Assembly (NCBI GenBank): GCA_963733035.1
Contig: CAVTBU010000005.1
Span: 576,001-640,000 of the forward strand
From: Pirellulales bacterium
GTDB taxonomy: Bacteria > Planctomycetota > Planctomycetia > Pirellulales > PALSA-1355
Length of the DNA: 64,000 bases
Direction: 5' to 3'
Shown: positions 50,422 through 60,824 of the stretch, in pieces
How positions within the stretch are numbered: the first letter of the stretch is position 1
Layout: each line of letters begins with the position of its first letter
Made by a program: the position numbers and the translations under genes
Notes under the pieces: generated by a model
Told to the model about the DNA's origin: nothing
Database searches by the model: none
Seen by the model: only the letters and a program-made list of their open reading frames with translations

Positions 50422-51510
50422 ATGTCGTTGGACGATCTGGTCGTATTGAACGACGAGATCGCAAGTTTGGTGAGAGCGGGCGTGCCTCTCGAACTGGGTC
50501 TCTCCAGTTGGAGTCGCGATCTATCTGGTCCGTTGCGTTCCACTGTAGCCAGGCTCGGCGAGTCCGTATCCCGTGGACGGAGCCTCGACGATGCGTTGGC
50601 CGACGACTCGCTGAAGATTCCGCCCGTCTATCGGGCAGTGGTCACCGCCGGACTTCGCTCCGGTCGCTTGCCGGCCGCGCTTGAATCGCTGGCCGAAAGC
50701 GCGCGTCGCATCCAGCAGCTGCAAAGCGCCGTCGTGTTGGCTATGATCTACCCGCTGCTGCTCGTGACGCTGGCGTATTCGTTGCTCTTGCTGTTGCTCG
50801 TCATCGTATTGCCGGCATTCGTGACCGTGTACGAGGCTCGGCCGCCGGAGTATCTGGTTGGACTCGCCGGCGCAGGCAAGCTGGCCACCGCCGGCATTCC
50901 CATTCCGGCGACCGACCGCGCTGTGCCTTTTGCCACCCTGCCTCCGCTTCTACTGTGGGTCGTGGTCGTCATCTGGTGGCTTCGGAGTCGACAATCGCTG
51001 GTCATTGCCTCGGACCGCATTTGGCGATTCATTCCGTTCGCAGGTCGTGCCATGCGACGGGCACGCGCGGCGTCTCTCGCCGAGATCTTCGGGCTGTTGC
51101 TGGAGCACCACGTACCGCTACCCGCAGCTGTCCGACTGGCGGCAAGCTGCACGCACGACCGCCGGATGACATGTGTGACGAGCGACGTTGCCGCTCGCTT
51201 GGAGGCCGGACAACCCCCGTTGCCCGAACAATTGAAAGCGCTGGAGTTGCCACCGGTATTGGGGCTGTTGATTGCCAGTGGCGCCCGCCAACAAACGCTG
51301 GTTTCGATGTCCCGCAGCGCCGCCGAAAACGATCGACGCCGCGTAGAGCGCGACGTCACCTGGCTCCGCGATTGGTTGCCCGTGTGGATGGTATTGACAC
51401 TTGGCGTGGCCATCGGCGTGATCTATTGCCTGACGTTCTTCGTTCCGTTCACGCAGTTGCTAGAGGCATTTGGCCAAACCACCGGTTCTTCGATGCGTAT
51501 CCACCCATGA
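50422..51510 (+). CDS. gspF: GspF/PilC-family inner-membrane platform protein (one unit)
   Basis: LVRAGVPL, G.SL..AL, AGLRSGRL..AL, AMIYPLLL; a second domain (HHVPLPAA); three TM segments. Confidence 0.85.
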   Translation: MSLDDLVVLNDEIASLVRAGVPLELGLSSWSRDLSGPLRSTVARLGESVSRGRSLDDALADDSLKIPPVYRAVVTAGLRSGRLPAALESLAESARRIQQLQSAVVLAMIYPLLLVTLAYSLLLLLLVIVLPAFVTVYEARPPEYLVGLAGAGKLATAGIPIPATDRAVPFATLPPLLLWVVVVIWWLRSRQSLVIASDRIWRFIPFAGRAMRRARAASLAEIFGLLLEHHVPLPAAVRLAASCTHDRRMTCVTSDVAARLEAGQPPLPEQLKALELPPVLGLLIASGARQQTLVSMSRSAAENDRRRVERDVTWLRDWLPVWMVLTLGVAIGVIYCLTFFVPFTQLLEAFGQTTGSSMRIHP

Positions 51511-53946
51511 CGCAGTTCCAATACACCGCCGTAAACGAGCAAGGCCTGCCGGTCTCGGGTGTGGTCGAGGCGGCCGATTGGCAATCCGCGTTGGAACTGC
51601 TTACCGCGCGTCGGCTGACCGAGTGCCAACAAACCGGTATCGCGGACTTGCCCTCGCTTTCATCGGCCGACGCGGTGGAATTGGCTGGTTACCTTGCCGA
51701 ACTTTCGAAAACCGGGCTCCCTCTCGGCGGGACGCTTCAAGCGTTGGCCCAGGACGTTTCGTCCGCGAAGTTGCGCCGCGTGATCGATGACCTCGTGGCC
51801 CGGCTGGAATCAGGTCAATCACTCGAGCTGTCGCTGGAATCGCTTGGCAGCAGTTTACCCGAGCACATTCGACGCCTACTCGTGACCGCGGCCCGCTCCG
51901 GTCGACTGTCTGAACGCGCTGGAACGGCTACTGAAACATGAGCAGAAGATCGATGACATGAGTCGGCGACTGCGTCAGGCAGTGGCCTATCCTTTGCTGC
52001 TGCTAGCGATGTTGTTCGCGTGGTTGCTGTTTGTCACGATGAACGTTCTTCCACAAGTTATTGCAGTTCTCAACGAACCCTACGACGGCAGCTACGCCAC
52101 CGACTATCTCGGATTCTCGCTTCCAATATTTGCAGCGTGGGTGCCGTGGATCCTGGCCGGATTGTTAGCGGCCGGGATGATTGTTTTGGTCACTGTGTGG
52201 CTCTTTCGCGGAACGGCGGGGCTCAGTCGACTCTTGACGCTCATACCACTCATTGGCCCGTGCTGGCGCGATCGTGGTCTCGCCGATTTCACGGGATTGC
52301 TGGGCGAGTTCGTCGATGCGCGATTTACACTGCCGGAGGCCCTGCAGCTGACGGCGCGCGGCATCCGTGACCCCGCGCTTCGCCGAGCATCAACTCAGGC
52401 GGTCTCGCTGGTCGAACGAGGTTCGGCACTTGCTCCCGCACTTCACTTTCAGGGCAACTTTCCGGACACGCTCACCCAATGGTCAGCCTGGGGCCAAGAA
52501 CGCGGCCCACTTCCGGCGGCCATGCGGGCGGCGGCCGAAACGTTTTCCGATCGGTTCGACTTGCGATTGCAGTTTTTGCGAACGGTCTTTCCGGCCATCG
52601 TTTTCTCACTGATCGCGGCCAGCGCGGTGTTTGTGGCGGCCGGCGTGTTTCGCTTAATGTCCAGTTTCATTGTGAGTCTCAGCGGCGACTATCTGAACGC
52701 TCCCGAATCGTCTCAGCAGCCCATTTTGTTGGCAGGAATCGTGGTCGGCGTGCTGGTCGTGGGGCTGACCTTGCTGCTCTTGGGACGCGCGATTCGCACG
52801 CGTAGCGACGCGACGGAGATCGTGGCGCTTGTGGCCCGGTACATCGGGATCACCTTCATCGCTGGGGCACTCTTGGTAGGTAGCATCCTCGTTACCGTCG
52901 TCGGATGGCTAGGTTGGCTGTTGCTCATGTTCGCCTGGATTCGCGGCGCTTGGCGATATCGACAGATGCAACGACAGGAATTGTGGACCACCCTATCACT
53001 GGCCGCTGAACGACACGCGCCGCTCGCCCCCATGGCGCTAGCCTTTGCGGACGAGCAAAGGGGAAGCGTAGCACTTGCGGCCCGGCAACTTGCTCGCGAA
53101 CTGGCCGCCGGAGCCGACCTGGCCGAAGCCTTGGCCTGGACCAAGGGGGCGCTGCCCCCGGAAGCCCGGCTGGCGATTCGCGTCGGCACGGATACCGGCG
53201 ACTTGTTCGGTGCCTTGCGGGCTACGCGCGGGAACCGCGGGACGGGTCGGCCGCTAATGCCTGCCGCCGTCGTCTGGCTCTTGATTTTCCTGCCCGTGGC
53301 GTTGGGGCTCATCAGTTTTATGCAAATCAAGATTATGCCGTCGTTCGTGGCAATCTTTGACGACTTCTCGACGAGCCTGCCGCCATTGACCGTCATGATG
53401 ATCACTGTCGTGAACTGGACGTGGTTGCCTTTCGTCGCACTTGCGCTTGCGTTTCTGGCAATCTTGTTTTGGCTTCAGTGGCGGGGGACTTTGCAGCCAC
53501 GGCTACCGGGCTTGAAGCGAGTTGCACGCTGGGTGGAACTTGCGCCGCTGTTGCGAATTCTGTCGCTCGTTACGCAACGAGGCCAATCGTTGTCATCTAC
53601 ACTGGAGTCGATGGCGCGCTTGCATCCCCACGCCTGGATGCGTCGCCGCTTGCGAACCACGTTGCGCGATCTGGAGATGGGCTCGACCTGGCAGGCAAGT
53701 CTGCGGCAACGCCGCATGTTAAGCGACGGCGAGTTGGCCGTGCTCGCAGCCGCCGAGCGAAATGGCAACCTTCCCTGGGCATTGGCCGAACTGGGCGACA
53801 GCCTGCAGCGACGGGCCGAATTCCGACTCAAATTCTTCGGAGAGTTTGCATTTCCGCTGCTGGTGGCGCTTGTGGGATTGACGGTCGCCTTGATCGTCGT
53901 GGCTTATTTTCTGCCGCTCGTAAACCTCATCATCAGTCTTTCCTAG
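51507..53946 (+). CDS. gspF: Double-length GspF/PilC fusion (~812 aa, two units); frameshift near 51912
   Basis: PilC-type start FQYTAVNEQG..SGVVEA; unit 1 has ARSGRL/AVAYP/GQERGPL; extra TM linker; unit 2 has GTDTGDL/IMPSF..IF..LPPLT/AERNGNL/AYFLPL; ATGA overlap upstream. Confidence 0.82.
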
Positions 53947-53955
53947 GACCGATCC

Positions 53956-54447
53956 ATGGAACGCCGCGGAATCGTTCTCATCGAGGTGCTCACTGCCTGC
54001 GGACTGCTGGCAGTCCTACTTGCGCTTTGCATTCAGCTATTGTCGCTGACTGCGATCGAGAGGCGACACGTCGAACGACGGGCGATTGCCATGCAAGCAG
54101 CCGCGAACCTTGTCGAACAGGCCTCGGTAGTGCCCTTTGATCAGTTGACGGACGAGAAGCTTGCGGCGATCGAGGTTTCTCCGGGCATTGCAAGGCTACT
54201 GCCCGACGTGAAGACCATGTTCACTGTTGTCGAAGAACCCCACGAATTGACAGCCAAACGAGTCCGGGTCGAAATCCAATGGAAGGGTCGCGGCGGTCGC
54301 CGTGAGCCACCAGTTCGGCTGACGTATTTTGCCTACGATTCGGCGAAGCCGGCCCGGCAAGCGGAGGCCAAATCGCCGAAGAAAGGCTCGCTGGTGGAGG
54401 AGGAGAAAACCACCCCAGAAGATGCTTCAAAAGGAACCTCGCCATGA
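53956..54447 (+). CDS. Minor (pseudo)pilin
   Basis: Class III signal RRG|IVLIEVL plus a hydrophobic helix. Confidence 0.8.
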   Translation: MERRGIVLIEVLTACGLLAVLLALCIQLLSLTAIERRHVERRAIAMQAAANLVEQASVVPFDQLTDEKLAAIEVSPGIARLLPDVKTMFTVVEEPHELTAKRVRVEIQWKGRGGRREPPVRLTYFAYDSAKPARQAEAKSPKKGSLVEEEKTTPEDASKGTSP

Positions 54448-54956
54448 AACACCCGCGAACCGGGATTGCGCTGGTTGAGGTAATGCTGGCAATCGTCATC
54501 GCCACGGCGCTGGTGAGTGCGCTCGGAATCTCGGTTGCCCGCATGCTGCAATCGAACCGTGCGGCCCAGGAACATCTGCAGACCGTCACAAATCTTGGTC
54601 GCTTCGGCGAGCAGTTCCGCCGCGACGCCCACACCGCATCCAACGTCTTGATCAATGAGCTCGAAACTGACGAACGCCAGCTTGTATTGAACCACGGCGA
54701 CAATCACACGATCATTTATCAAATCATTCCCGGGGGAATCGAACGCACTCAAGGTGAGGGGGACAAAGTTCGGCGGCGCGAACGCTTCCTGCTACCGGGC
54801 ATGCGGCCGCTCGCCTGGAATCTCGAAGCAGATCGTCAACAGGTTGCCTTGTCGATCGGAAAATTGGCGCACCCAAGTATTGAAGACAACGCACTAAGCG
54901 CCCAGTTTTCAATCCTGGCAGTACTGCGAAACGCGGCCACACCAACGACGCCGTAG
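54444..54956 (+). CDS. Minor (pseudo)pilin, GspJ/PilW-like
   Basis: RTG|IALVEVM; QFRRDAH; ATGA overlap. Confidence 0.8.
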   Translation: MKHPRTGIALVEVMLAIVIATALVSALGISVARMLQSNRAAQEHLQTVTNLGRFGEQFRRDAHTASNVLINELETDERQLVLNHGDNHTIIYQIIPGGIERTQGEGDKVRRRERFLLPGMRPLAWNLEADRQQVALSIGKLAHPSIEDNALSAQFSILAVLRNAATPTTP

Positions 54957-54962
54957 TTAGCC

Positions 54963-55388
54963 ATGACCATACACTTGAAAAAGATTTGCGATCAAAGAGG
55001 CATCCTGATCTTTACGATCTTGGGTTGCTTGACGCTGGTGGCCATGTTGGCGGGTGTCTGGCTACGCTTGCTGGCACTGGAGCGACAACAAGTCCGAACG
55101 CAACAAAACGTATTGCAAATAGAGTATCTGGCCGAATCGGGCTTGAACCGGGCAACGACCCGCTTGACCACGAACGCCGAGTACGACGGCGAAACCTGGG
55201 AGCTGAGTCCTGAGAACATCGGCCTGGCAACTCCCGCCAAAGTAATGATCACGGTCCAACGAGACGATGGGAACCCGCAAGTTCGAGCGATCACCGTCAC
55301 GGCCGAGCTGGTCACCGCAGGTCCCAAGAAGGTCTCGCGCCGAAGACAACAAACGATTCTCCTTCCAACCAAGGAATCGACGCCATGA
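54963..55388 (+). CDS. Minor (pseudo)pilin, GspK/PilX-like (no Glu5)
   Basis: QRG|ILIFTIL; YLAESGL..A motif typical of the PilX N-terminus. Confidence 0.78.
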   Translation: MTIHLKKICDQRGILIFTILGCLTLVAMLAGVWLRLLALERQQVRTQQNVLQIEYLAESGLNRATTRLTTNAEYDGETWELSPENIGLATPAKVMITVQRDDGNPQVRAITVTAELVTAGPKKVSRRRQQTILLPTKESTP

Positions 55389-56245
55389 AACGTAAAACAC
55401 TCCGCGGTTTCACGCTGGTGGAATTGCTGGTCGTGATTGCCATCATTGGCGTGATGATCGCCATGACCTTGCCGGCCCTGATGGCTAGTCGAGAGGCCGG
55501 CCGTCGCAACATGTGTGCCGCTAATCTGGCTCAAGTGCTGCTGGCGCTGCAAGGCTACGAGAACTCGTACGAATTGTATCCCGCGGGAGTGGTTAACCCC
55601 GATGGCCCGATTCGCAATGAAGCGAAGGGCCTGCATCAAGGTTGGATCATTCAGACGCTCCCATATCTCGATGAGCAAGTCGTCTACGATAAAATCAAAT
55701 TCGATGAAAGCGTCTACGCGAAAGCAAACGAAGACGTACGGGCCTATTGGCCGAAAGTGCTGATTTGTCCGTCGGAGCCGAACGACGTGCCGGGAGCGTC
55801 GAATTATGCCGGTTGTCACAACGACGTCGAAGCCCCCATCGACACCGACAATCACGGCGTGTTGTTCTTGAACAGCCAAATTCGCCGCGACGACGTCAGC
55901 GACGGCCTGTCGCACACCCTGTTTGTCAGTGAGAAGAGAGTTTTCGATGGCGATTTGGGGTGGATGTCGGGCACTCGTGCCACGCTTCGCAACACGGGCG
56001 AGCGACTGAATGACTCGCGCGACGAAGCGACTGGCAACAGCGCGCCGTCGGATATCGCGGGAGATGCCAACGCCGTGCTGCTCTACGTTGGTGGCTTCGC
56101 CAGCGCGCATCCCAGCGGGGCGAATGCCGGCTTCGGCGACGGTCGTGTGGAATTCGTCGCCGGCGATATCGACCCGAAGCTCTGGCAGCAACTGGGAAAT
56201 CGCTCCGACGGTGATTTGCCCGCGTTTCGAGCACCCACGCCCTGA
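55385..56245 (+). CDS. DUF1559 prepilin-type protein
   Basis: RG|FTLVELLVVIAIIG, REAGRR..C.NL, DGLSHT and the H-X9-DG motif HPSGANAGFGDG. Confidence 0.92.
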   Translation: MKRKTLRGFTLVELLVVIAIIGVMIAMTLPALMASREAGRRNMCAANLAQVLLALQGYENSYELYPAGVVNPDGPIRNEAKGLHQGWIIQTLPYLDEQVVYDKIKFDESVYAKANEDVRAYWPKVLICPSEPNDVPGASNYAGCHNDVEAPIDTDNHGVLFLNSQIRRDDVSDGLSHTLFVSEKRVFDGDLGWMSGTRATLRNTGERLNDSRDEATGNSAPSDIAGDANAVLLYVGGFASAHPSGANAGFGDGRVEFVAGDIDPKLWQQLGNRSDGDLPAFRAPTP

Positions 56246-56267
56246 CGGCATAACAAGCTAAGTTTCC

Positions 56268-56296
56268 TTGACTTACAGAGCCGAGCTCATTAGCCT
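56268..56296 (+). promoter_or_regulatory. Sigma70-like promoter upstream of the pentaheme cytochrome
   Basis: TTGACT-N17-TAGCCT. Confidence 0.45.
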
Positions 56297-56362
56297 AAGA
56301 CTCGTCACCTTGCTCCTCCCCCATCACTACAAACAGGCACGCTGCACGGTGAGGAAGTCTCT

Positions 56363-57280
56363 GTGGAATTGGCTCTACTGGCGGTTGTCTTGGCCGGAGT
56401 CGTCCTGGTCGTCACCCGCGAATTCGTTCCCACGCTCGCCCGTTTTCGACTCGTCCTGGCATTCCTCTCGAGCGTCATTCTTGTCGGGCTCTTCCTGGCC
56501 GGGGGCCTGCTCTCGGCCGCCGAAGAAGATCGCCCGCGCAAAGCTGCCGCGGGCCGGGCTGAGGTCAAGCCGGCCGTCAAAAAGTTAGTGAAGCCCGAGA
56601 ACTGGCCGAAAGACCACCCCCTACCGCTGGTCGGCTCCAATTGCGCTGCATGTCATTTGACGGCGGGACGCGAGTTGACAGCCGCCGTCGTCAACTTTGT
56701 CCGCAGCGCGCACGACGTACAGGAGATGACCTGCTACGACTGCCATGGTGGAAATACGGTTGACGACGTAAAGGCTCACGAAGAGGCCTCGGACTTCATC
56801 GGCACCAAGAAGAGCGCCCACATCGCCACGTGCAGCGAGTGCCATAGCGATGCCGCGGAAGTGCTCGCTGGCGGTCCACATCATTGGGACTTTAGCACGC
56901 GGATTAACACCGAATATCCTCTCTGTTTCGACTGCCATGGGAACCACGACATCGGCAACGTGCCGGCCGACTTCAAATTGGAAGCCATGTGTGGCGATTG
57001 CCACGAGAACGCCGAACAGGACTTCCCCCATCTGCTTTCGGTCGTCAAACAGAATGACCGTTTATGGGAAGCCATGGGCAAGGTTCGCCGTCGTTGTATC
57101 CAAGCAGTGAACCCGCTCCCCGAGAAGTTTCAAGCAGACGTGGCCAAGTTGCGTAGCCAGACCATGACGCTGGTGCACACCTCGAATGAGATTTCCCCAA
57201 AAGAAGCCTCGGACTTGAATCAGCGGGTGGAAACGCTGCGTGGTCAAATGGAGAAATGGCTGCAAGCTCATCCCGACTAG
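56363..57280 (+). CDS. Membrane-anchored or secreted pentaheme c-type cytochrome
   Basis: Five CxxCH motifs (CAACH, CYDCH, CSECH, CFDCH, CGDCH), a hydrophobic N-terminus and a helical C-terminus. Confidence 0.88.
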   Translation: MELALLAVVLAGVVLVVTREFVPTLARFRLVLAFLSSVILVGLFLAGGLLSAAEEDRPRKAAAGRAEVKPAVKKLVKPENWPKDHPLPLVGSNCAACHLTAGRELTAAVVNFVRSAHDVQEMTCYDCHGGNTVDDVKAHEEASDFIGTKKSAHIATCSECHSDAAEVLAGGPHHWDFSTRINTEYPLCFDCHGNHDIGNVPADFKLEAMCGDCHENAEQDFPHLLSVVKQNDRLWEAMGKVRRRCIQAVNPLPEKFQADVAKLRSQTMTLVHTSNEISPKEASDLNQRVETLRGQMEKWLQAHPD

Positions 57281-57357
57281 TAGTGAAGGCGCGATGGGAA
57301 GCGGCCGAATCAGGAAGACCAATCAATCAACTTTTAAGAATCTGCGAGGGCTCGATC

Positions 57358-58539
57358 ATGTCGCATTCGCATCTTTGCCCGCACCGTCGCCGTTTTTTAC
57401 GTCAGGCCGGTAGCGCGTCGCTGGCCGCTGCAGGACTTTCCACCGGATTGCTGCTGCCGAAACTGGCCTTCGGTGAAGACCATCCAGCCGGTCCCGCGAG
57501 TGCCGAGGTAGGGATTGCTCGTGGTTCAAACATGGAAGAAGCTGTTCGCCGCGCCGTGGATCTGGCCGGTGGCATGGACTTCATCAAAGAGGGCCAAACG
57601 GTACTTATTAAGCCAAATGTGACGGGGGCGGTCCCCAACCCGACCACTACCAGCCCCGAGGTGCTCTATGCCACGATCAAACTCGCGGCCGAACGAGGCC
57701 CCAAGCGAATCATCGTCGCCGATCGCAGCTTCTCGCCGGTATTCGACACGAAGACCCCCAAGACGGTTGACGTCATGAAAAAGGTCGGGCAGATCGACGC
57801 AGTGGAACAGGCCAAGAGCGACATCAAGGCTCCGGTCGTGGCCGTCGGGCTGGAGGATTGCGAGGACGAACTTGAACGACTTGGGAGAAAAGGCACCGAG
57901 ATGTGGCGAAGGGTCAAGCCTGAGAAAGCGGAGAACTGGCCCAACGGATTCGAAATGGCCGAATTGTTGTTTGCCGTCGATCACGTAATCAACGTGCCAG
58001 TGATCAAGACCCACTTTCAGGCCTGGTTCACGATGTCGATGAAGGCCTTCGTCGGCATGAGCCATCATCGCACTCGCCGCGAGTTCCATACGGCGTTCAA
58101 GGGCGACAGCAATTTGTTCAACCAGAAGGCCTCAGGAAGTCGTCGGCGTCTGGGACCTGCGGGTCGCACGCAGGACATTGCCGAGGCCGAACCGCTGGTT
58201 AACCGCGTGGCAGAACTGAACCTGGGTATCACACCGGCTTTGAACATTCTTGACGGCACGAAGAGCTTTGTGTTCGGCGGCCCTTCGCACGGTGATACGG
58301 TCGACCCGAATCTGATTGTGGCCAGCCGCGATCGCGTGGCCGCAGATGCCACCGGCGTGGCCGTGCTGAAGCGCTATGGAACCGAGCGACGCCTACAGCG
58401 CTATTCCGTGTGGGAAAACCCGTTTATCAAACACGGTATCGCGATCGGCCTGGGCATTGAGGGTCGAGAAAAGCTGAACCTCAAGCACGCCGGTATTGAC
58501 AGCAAGGAAATGGAACTTATTAGTGAGATGCTGGCCTGA
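57358..58539 (+). CDS. Tat-exported DUF362 protein
   Basis: RRRFL signal; GQTVLIKPN..TTTSPE, INVPVIKTH..TMSMK and ASRDRVAADA. Confidence 0.88.
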   Translation: MSHSHLCPHRRRFLRQAGSASLAAAGLSTGLLLPKLAFGEDHPAGPASAEVGIARGSNMEEAVRRAVDLAGGMDFIKEGQTVLIKPNVTGAVPNPTTTSPEVLYATIKLAAERGPKRIIVADRSFSPVFDTKTPKTVDVMKKVGQIDAVEQAKSDIKAPVVAVGLEDCEDELERLGRKGTEMWRRVKPEKAENWPNGFEMAELLFAVDHVINVPVIKTHFQAWFTMSMKAFVGMSHHRTRREFHTAFKGDSNLFNQKASGSRRRLGPAGRTQDIAEAEPLVNRVAELNLGITPALNILDGTKSFVFGGPSHGDTVDPNLIVASRDRVAADATGVAVLKRYGTERRLQRYSVWENPFIKHGIAIGLGIEGREKLNLKHAGIDSKEMELISEMLA

Positions 58540-58587
58540 CATACAGTCGTTCTGCCGAACCACCACACCCTGCCTCAGGAGTTGGCG

Positions 58588-59936
58588 ATGACGTGGCACA
58601 CTTGGCGAGCAACCTTGAAGTTCATCGTTGTTTTGGTTGCCTCTTTTTGGGGCTCGGCCGTGTTGGCGGCCGCACGACCGAACCTTGTGTTAGTGATGAT
58701 TGACGACTTCGGTTATGAGTGCGTAGCCGCCGATGGCGGCACCTCATACCGCACGCCCATCCTGGACAAACTGGCCGCTGGTGGTGCACGGGGATTGCGT
58801 TGTCATGTTCAACCATTATGCACGCCCACACGCGCGAATTGATGACCGGACAGTACAACGTCAGGAACTACACGCACTTTGGGCACCTCGATCCCGGGCA
58901 AATCACCTTCGGGAATCTTTTTCGGAACGCTGGCTACACCACCTGTATTGCCGGCAAGTGGCAATTGGGACGCGACATGACGTTGCCTGAGCACTTTGGG
59001 TTCGACCGGTACTGCCTCTGGCAACTCGACCGCCGCCCACCACGTTACGCCAATGCCGGCTTGGAAATCGACGGTAAGCACGTCGATCTAAGTGGGGGGA
59101 AGTACGGTCCTGACATCGTAAACGAATACGCTCGCCAGTTCATTGCCAGCCACAAAGATCAGCCGTTCCTTCTCTACTACCCGATGATCCTTACTCACGC
59201 GCCATTCCAACCAACGCCCGACAGCCCGGATTGGGACCCGAAGACATCCAACGAACGCTCGCAGCAAAGTCCTGTGCATTTCGCCGATATGGTGACCTAC
59301 GCCGACAAGCTGATCGGCAAACTGGTGGCCGCGTTGGACGAAAACGGAGTGCGCGACAACACTTTATTGATCGTAATCGGCGACAACGGCACAACGCGAG
59401 GCGTCAAATCGAAACTGGGAGATCGGGTTGTCATCGGAGGCAAAGGATCGAGCAAGGATGCCGGCACGCACGTCCCCTTGATCGCCAATTGGCCCGGTGT
59501 GATACCCGATGGTCTGGTACTCGACGATTTGATCGACAGCACCGACTTTCTGCCAACAATCTGCGAGGCCGCCGACGTTGACGTCTCGAGCAACCAATCG
59601 CTTGACGGCCGTAGTTTTCTACCGCAATTGCGTGGAGAACAGGGCAACCCGCGGGAGTGGGTTTATTGCTGGTACGCCCGCGATGGCGGTGACCAGCCAA
59701 CGTTTGAATTTGCCATGAACAAGCGTTACAAACTCTATCGCGATGGTCAAATCTATGACCTTGCCGAGGACCTTGCCGAACGACAACCGCTTGAGCCCGC
59801 CCATCTGTCCCCGCAGGCCACCGAAGCGAAGGAAAAGCTCGCTCGCGTAATGCATCAATTCAAAGGTGCCCGGCCAGCAGCAATTGCGGCGCAACATGAA
59901 CTGGGAAGACGCAACAAACCCACTTCGACCGAGTGA
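58588..59936 (+). CDS. Secreted S1 (aryl)sulfatase; frameshift near 58833
   Basis: [34 protein letters not shown] and GDNG. Confidence 0.88.
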
Positions 59937-59958
59937 CGCCGCTGGAAACGACTGCCTG

Positions 59959-60670
59959 TTATTCCGCGATGCTGTACGTATCCGTGACGTGCGCGGAAAT
60001 CGACCGTTCACCTGGGGCAATTGGAACTTCGGCGGCAGCCGCGACTCCGCGCATCGGTTGGGCAAACATGGGTCGCGGCACCGATGCGGACTGCTCTTGA
60101 ATCAGTTGGGGCTTGCCGAGTTTCAGACCGGCGGCGTTGGCGTACAACTCCGCACGATGCTTGGCATCACCAATCGCCTCGCGGCGTGCCTGGTCCCAGT
60201 GCGGCTTCGGATTGGCGACCGAGAAGCTGACGCCTTGGATCTGGTTGCTACCGGCCTGAACGAGCGCGTCAAGAATTGCGCCGATGCGGGAAACCTCCAG
60301 CATCTTAACGCTAACTTGATTTGTCACTGTGTAACCAACGACTTTCAGCGGCTGCTTGCCGTCTCGATCGTAGACCTGCTGCGGGCTGACGTGGAAATGC
60401 GCCGTCTGCACGCGTTTGTCGGAGACGTCATGAGCACGAAGAGTTTTTATTAGCTCGGCCATTCGCTCGTAGTTCGCCGTGACTGCTTCGGCCGCAGTTT
60501 TCGCCTATGTGGTTACACCCACCGTCACGTTCACCTGATCGGGCGCCACCTGAACCTCCCCTTCGCCGACGACGCTTATCGAAGGTACCAGTGACACTCG
60601 CTCCTCCGCCCGCGCCGCGCCCGACAATGAAACCAAAGACCATCGTACAAAACAGCAGCGAACGACACAT
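59959..60670 (-). pseudogene. SIMPL (DUF541/YggE-like) gene with an in-frame TAG (60505-60507) and a frameshift near 60615
   Basis: ISVVGEGEVQVAPDQVNVTVGVTT*AKTAAEA..GYTVTNQVSV..AGSNQIQGVSF..ARREAIGDA..IAPGE; signal peptide from ATG 60670. Confidence 0.75.
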
Positions 60671-60824
60671 GGTTGGTAACTCCGCGTCGGTCGCCGGCGG
60701 CTCGCTCGAGTCCGCTCAACCGACTGGCAAACAGCCAGGCAGCGTTGGCAGGCGTGCCCTCGCTAGATCTGTTACTTGCAACGCCGTACGACGCAACGGT
60801 ACGCGGACCACATCGCGTACCATC

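Noticed and set aside
31480..58840. Programmed ribosomal frameshifting or mass pseudogenisation
   Set aside because: There are no slippery heptamers, shifts go in both directions, each gene has one lesion, and catalytic motifs are intact, including in ppk1. Sequencing error is the simpler explanation.
60505..60507. Pyrrolysine or amber recoding in the SIMPL gene
   Set aside because: No pyl genes are in view, TAG is used as a normal stop by many genes here, and the position is not catalytic.
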